Assembly: GCA_024281015.1 (NCBI GenBank)
Contig: JAMXLL010000174.1
Coordinates: forward strand, 1,318-65,317
DNA from: Candidatus Binataceae bacterium
GTDB taxonomy: Bacteria; Desulfobacterota; Binatia; Binatales; Binataceae
Direction of reading: 5' to 3'
DNA: 64,000 nucleotides
The notes under the pieces were generated by a model. That model saw nothing but the letters and a program-made list of their open reading frames with translations. It did not search any database and was not told the origin of the DNA. This document shows positions 60,297 to 64,000 of the stretch, piece after piece (position 1 is the stretch's first letter; every line of letters starts with the position of its first letter). Both the position numbers and the translations under genes were made by a program.

Positions 60297-61325
60297 ATGA
60301 AATTCGGCATAATCATGATGTATCGGAACCCTCCTCAATGGTATAGGCCGATCGAAGATGTCTACACTGATTTTCTCGAACTTGCGGTAATGGCCGAGGA
60401 ACTCGGCATTGACCATCTTTGGACTAGCGAACACCATTTCCATGAAGACGGCTGGTCACCGTCTCAATTGCCGATTCTTGCAGCGATCGCGGCGCGGACA
60501 AGCCGGATCCGAATCGGCACCTTCGTGCTCCTCCTCCCCTTCCATAATCCAATTCGCGTGGCCGAAGACGCGGCGACAGTCGACATCATCTCGGGCGGGC
60601 GGCTCGACCTCGCCGTCGGTCCAGGATCCGACCCCAACGATTACACAACCTTTGGCGTCCCGATGCCGCAGCGGCGGCCGCGGATGCACGAGGGGCTTGA
60701 AATAATCCGCAAGTGCTTCAGCGAAGAGGAGTTTAGTTTCAAGGGCAAATATTGGAGTTTTGAAAAGGTGCGAATGACGCCTAAGCCAGTGCAGCATCCA
60801 CTGCCTTTATGGGTCGCCGCGATGTTTCCGAAGGCGCTTGAAGAAGCCGGCCGTAACGGCTATCACCTCGCCTCTGCTCCCGCTGCTCCACTCCAGAAGC
60901 TCTATGATGAGGCATTACGTTCGGCTGGCTACGACCCGGCGAACTTTCAGCGCGCCGGACTGCACATCGGACATCTGGCATCGACGCATGAAAAAGCCTG
61001 GGATGAAATCGAACCGCATCTCCAGTGGCATATGAAAATTCATTTCAGGGCAATGGCGGCGGCCGAGAATACTAATCTACGAATGGGCTCGGATTTGGCA
61101 GTTCCCCCGCTCGGCACCCTGCGCAAGACCGGCATCGGCCCATACGGCCCGGTCTACGTCGGGACGCCGGACGAGGTGATACAAATGTTGGAGCGGGAAT
61201 TGAAGAGCAGCCCGATGACACAAATCGTATTTTCGTTGGATTCCCCGGGGATGGCTACTCGACACATGCGGACATCGCTGGAACTATTCGCCAAAGAAGT
61301 AATGCCGCATTTCCGAAGTTGGTAG
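60297..61325 (+). CDS. LLM-class F420/flavin-dependent oxidoreductase
   Basis: MKFGI......Y.......A.ELG.DHLWTSEHHF, ISGGRLDLAVG. RBS GGGAGG upstream. Confidence 0.8.
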   Translation: MKFGIIMMYRNPPQWYRPIEDVYTDFLELAVMAEELGIDHLWTSEHHFHEDGWSPSQLPILAAIAARTSRIRIGTFVLLLPFHNPIRVAEDAATVDIISGGRLDLAVGPGSDPNDYTTFGVPMPQRRPRMHEGLEIIRKCFSEEEFSFKGKYWSFEKVRMTPKPVQHPLPLWVAAMFPKALEEAGRNGYHLASAPAAPLQKLYDEALRSAGYDPANFQRAGLHIGHLASTHEKAWDEIEPHLQWHMKIHFRAMAAAENTNLRMGSDLAVPPLGTLRKTGIGPYGPVYVGTPDEVIQMLERELKSSPMTQIVFSLDSPGMATRHMRTSLELFAKEVMPHFRSW

Positions 61326-61401
61326 TCATGCCAGGCTGAGCGGCAGCCTGCGAGGTCAATAGGTATTCCGGTATTCGCCGAAGTTACCCGACAAGCCGAG
61401 T

Positions 61402-62685
61402 TCAGTTGACCAGACTAGCCAAATGCTGAAAAAATTCCGGGTAGGTTTTCGTCACGCAGCCCGGGTTCTTGATTGTGATGCCCTGCAGCTTCAGACCGGC
61501 GACGGCAAACGCCATTGCGATTCGATGGTCGTCGTAGGTCTCGACCGCGGCCCGATTGAGTGCTGATGGACTGATTTCCAACCCGTCTTCAAAGACCCGC
61601 ACAACTGCCCCGAGCCGTGCCAGTTCTGTTGCGATCGCATTGATACGGTCGCTCTCATGATGGCGAATGAAGCCGACCTTGCGGATACGCGTTGGCGAGC
61701 AGGCAAATGGAGCTATCGCCGCCAGTGTAGCGACTACGTCCGGCATCGAGTTCATCTCCACATCGACACCGGACAGCGGTCCCGAACCAATGACATCCAC
61801 GCGGTCAGCCTTCCATTCAATCCGCGCCCCCATCCTTTCCAGAATTTCGAAGAACCCCAGGTCACTCTGCACCGAATTCCTCGTCAGGCCATGAATAGCT
61901 ACTCTGCCGCCGACCAAGGCAGCAGCAGCGGCAAAGTAGCTTGCACTCGTCGCGTCGGGCTCCACGTCAAACTCGGTCGCCTTATAGTGCTGCCCGCCTG
62001 AGACAATGACTTGGTTACCGGCGCGCGAGCTCTCCACGCCCCAGCGCTTCATCAATTCCAGCGTCATCTCGATGAAGCCCTGCGCGGCTTCACCGTTGAT
62101 AGTCAGCTTCAGGCCCTCGGGCCAAAGCGGCGCGGGCATCAGCAGAGCTGAGGCGAATTGCGAAGAGAGGCTTGCGTCGATCTCAACTTCGCCGCCGTTG
62201 GATATCGCCGATCGATTGTCCAGGATGATCGGCGGGCATCCATTGTTATGCTCGCTGCGAGCATCAACCCGAAGTTGGTACAGCGCATCCAACAGTGGAC
62301 CAATCGGCCTCTGACGCATGCGCGGATTTCCGTCGATACGGAAAACGCCACGTCCCAGCGTCAGAAGGCCTGCCAGAAACCGCATCGCAGTACCCGCCCC
62401 GCCAACGTCAAGATTCGCAGCCGTCGCCGGAATGATGCCGCCGCACCCGCCTGCAGTGATTTCCTTCCTTGCCTCGTCGAGCTCAACTTTGATGCCAAGC
62501 TTTCGCAACCCCATGATCATAGCGCGGGTATCATCACTCAGCAGAATCGATTTTATGATTGAAACGCCAGGGGCCATCGCGGCGAACAGCAGGGCGCGAT
62601 TAGTAATACTCTTCGACCCGGGGACAGAGATAACGGCGGCGAGCGGGCGGCGGACGGCCGCAATTTCGATTTCAGTTGGAAACAC
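61402..62685 (-). CDS. aroA: 3-phosphoshikimate 1-carboxyvinyltransferase (EPSP synthase)
   Basis: VPGSKSITNRALL, LDVGGAGTAMRFL, DHRIAMAF, KTYPEFF. Confidence 0.95.
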   Translation of the reverse strand: MFPTEIEIAAVRRPLAAVISVPGSKSITNRALLFAAMAPGVSIIKSILLSDDTRAMIMGLRKLGIKVELDEARKEITAGGCGGIIPATAANLDVGGAGTAMRFLAGLLTLGRGVFRIDGNPRMRQRPIGPLLDALYQLRVDARSEHNNGCPPIILDNRSAISNGGEVEIDASLSSQFASALLMPAPLWPEGLKLTINGEAAQGFIEMTLELMKRWGVESSRAGNQVIVSGGQHYKATEFDVEPDATSASYFAAAAALVGGRVAIHGLTRNSVQSDLGFFEILERMGARIEWKADRVDVIGSGPLSGVDVEMNSMPDVVATLAAIAPFACSPTRIRKVGFIRHHESDRINAIATELARLGAVVRVFEDGLEISPSALNRAAVETYDDHRIAMAFAVAGLKLQGITIKNPGCVTKTYPEFFQHLASLVN

Positions 62686-62802
62686 GATTCAGGTAGCCCG
62701 GGCTGGTCGATCGGCTCAAAACACTTGTGACTATCAGCGGGATGGTCGCTGTCAAACGTAGATGTGACAAGATGATATCTGAGAATACAGGCACTTTGCA
62801 GC

Positions 62803-63264
62803 TCATGGGAGTTCCCGCAGCAGCTTGCCCTCTTCGGAATAGAAATCTAATGCCGCTTCGCCCTCGGGGTCGACCCCAAGCAGGGCCCGAGGACGGTGTC
62901 GTGAATCGAACAGCCGGATTGCCGGAATTTGATCGTTGTTGATGAGAAGCGAGATCCGCAGAGCGCCCGTCATATCGTAAAGCTTGAGTCCCAGCCCGTC
63001 AGTTTCGCTGATTTCCAGCGCTGTGCGCAGCGTACCCTGATGGTCGTAAATGGCAATTCCCGGCTCCCCTTCTTTGTTCAACCCCAGCGCCCCCCGTGTG
63101 TGCCCTTTTGCGTCGACCAGAAGAATCTCCTGTGCTGCCAGACGGCGTTGTTGCAATTGACCGATGCTGGCTCCGGCCGTTGAGTTGAGTTTACCGCTGG
63201 CGAAGCCGCCCAGCACTCCGCCGGTTAAGGCCAATAGTCCATATAGCCATTGGTGTCTTCTCAT
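62803..63264 (-). CDS. Membrane-anchored hypothetical protein built from five 23-residue repeats
   Basis: N-terminal TM WLYGLLALTGGVLGGFA, then repeats with Asp (Ser in the last) at residues 51/74/97/120/143. Consensus: h-x-h-(Y/F)-D-x-x-G-x-x-R-x-x-L. Confidence 0.6.
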   Translation of the reverse strand: MRRHQWLYGLLALTGGVLGGFASGKLNSTAGASIGQLQQRRLAAQEILLVDAKGHTRGALGLNKEGEPGIAIYDHQGTLRTALEISETDGLGLKLYDMTGALRISLLINNDQIPAIRLFDSRHRPRALLGVDPEGEAALDFYSEEGKLLRELP

Positions 63265-63313
63265 GGGATTAGCTGCTTATCGTCGTTGCTTGAACGGTGC
63301 CAAGGCGTTCAAT

Positions 63314-64000
63314 TCATAAGCCGCTGGCTCGATAAAGTGCTTCGATCTGATCCTGATAATGCTCCTGGACGGCTCGCCGCCGGATTTTCATCGTCGGTGT
63401 GAGCTCGCCGTTGTCCTGCGAAAAGGCGCGGTCAGTCAGAACGAAATCCGCGATCCTCTCCGTGTCAGAAAGCGGCCGATTGAATTCTCTAATTCGCCTA
63501 TGGAAAAAGGCACGCAGCGCCGGATCGTTCACCAGTTCGGCAGATGGGCGATCTTCAATGCGGACGTTGTCCGGCGGCTGCGCTTGCAGTGTCTCGAAGT
63601 TCGGAACCAGGATCACCGCCAGGTGCTTACGGCGATCACCAATCACACAGGCCTGAGCAATAAACGGATCACCGGCGAGCTTGCTTTCAAGGTTGGCGGC
63701 CGACACATTCTTGCCCCCCGATAGCACGATAATGTCCTTTTTGCGATCGATGATACTGATGTAGCCATCGCTATCGATGTGGGCGATATCACCCGTGTGT
63801 AGCCACCCTTCGTTGTCGATTGCCTCGCGTGTCTCGCTCTCGCGGCAATAATAGCCCTGCATTACGTTCGGGCCGCGCACCAGCAACTCGCCGTCACTCG
63901 CGGTGCGCACCTCGATATGCTTCAAAGGACGGCCAACTGATCCAATCCGAGTGCGGCCGTGTAGATTGCAGGAAACTACCGGCGCGGCTTCGGTGAGTCC
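63314..64000 (-). CDS. Long-chain-fatty-acid--CoA ligase (AMP-binding), C-terminal part (N-terminus outside the window)
   Basis: The frame stays open to the window edge: GLTEAAPVV...VRGPNVMQGYY...WLHTGDIAHIDSDGYISIIDRKKD..VLSGGKNV...KIRR. Confidence 0.85.
   Translation of the reverse strand, partial: GLTEAAPVVSCNLHGRTRIGSVGRPLKHIEVRTASDGELLVRGPNVMQGYYCRESETREAIDNEGWLHTGDIAHIDSDGYISIIDRKKDIIVLSGGKNVSAANLESKLAGDPFIAQACVIGDRRKHLAVILVPNFETLQAQPPDNVRIEDRPSAELVNDPALRAFFHRRIREFNRPLSDTERIADFVLTDRAFSQDNGELTPTMKIRRRAVQEHYQDQIEALYRASGL

Overview
64-kb window from a moderately high-GC bacterium with a Gram-negative-type envelope (RND pumps, YajC/SecD, lipobox lipoprotein). I could not assign a taxon from sequence alone. 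Almost all of it is densely packed chromosomal backbone. I call about 60 protein genes, one tRNA (anticodon CAT), one TPP riboswitch and a few regulatory sites or hairpins. Reading left to right: the tail of an OmpR-type regulator plus its histidine kinase; a gene-poor, lower-GC patch (2.4-5.6 kb) with an orphan receiver and unrecognisable small ORFs; a hydrolase / LLM oxidoreductase / MBL cluster; a 1-Cys peroxiredoxin plus an MBL::rhodanese fusion; an MdtABC-type efflux operon with two RND subunits; HAD, a DHA2-family MFS transporter, a thioredoxin-like protein with a sirtuin opposite a GNAT; a lipobox-bearing PLD/cardiolipin-synthase homologue; two tandem alpha/beta hydrolases; gpmI-eno, purH, alr; a riboswitch-controlled thiS-thiG-thiE operon; an aminotransferase divergent from a glcD-like gene; dnaG; the tRNA; queA-tgt-yajC-secD, which ends without secF; an HTH / methyltransferase / cupredoxin trio; plsC and an FTR1 iron permease behind a perfect Fur-type palindrome; hbd, greA; a cluster of F420-type enzyme families; aroA; a 23-residue-repeat membrane protein; and a truncated acyl-CoA ligase. 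I saw no rRNA, CRISPR array, transposase, integrase or obvious prophage. I did not find a convincing multi-gene novel system. The best leads are: (i) the gene-poor patch with ORF-free stretches; (ii) the missing secF and the unusual genes at that breakpoint; (iii) the lipoprotein PLD; (iv) the low-complexity insertion in one RND paralogue; (v) the solo Fur-boxed FTR1 with its divergent Cys-rich neighbour; (vi) the 23-residue-repeat protein. Every functional call rests on motif recognition in the supplied translations; no database search was run.
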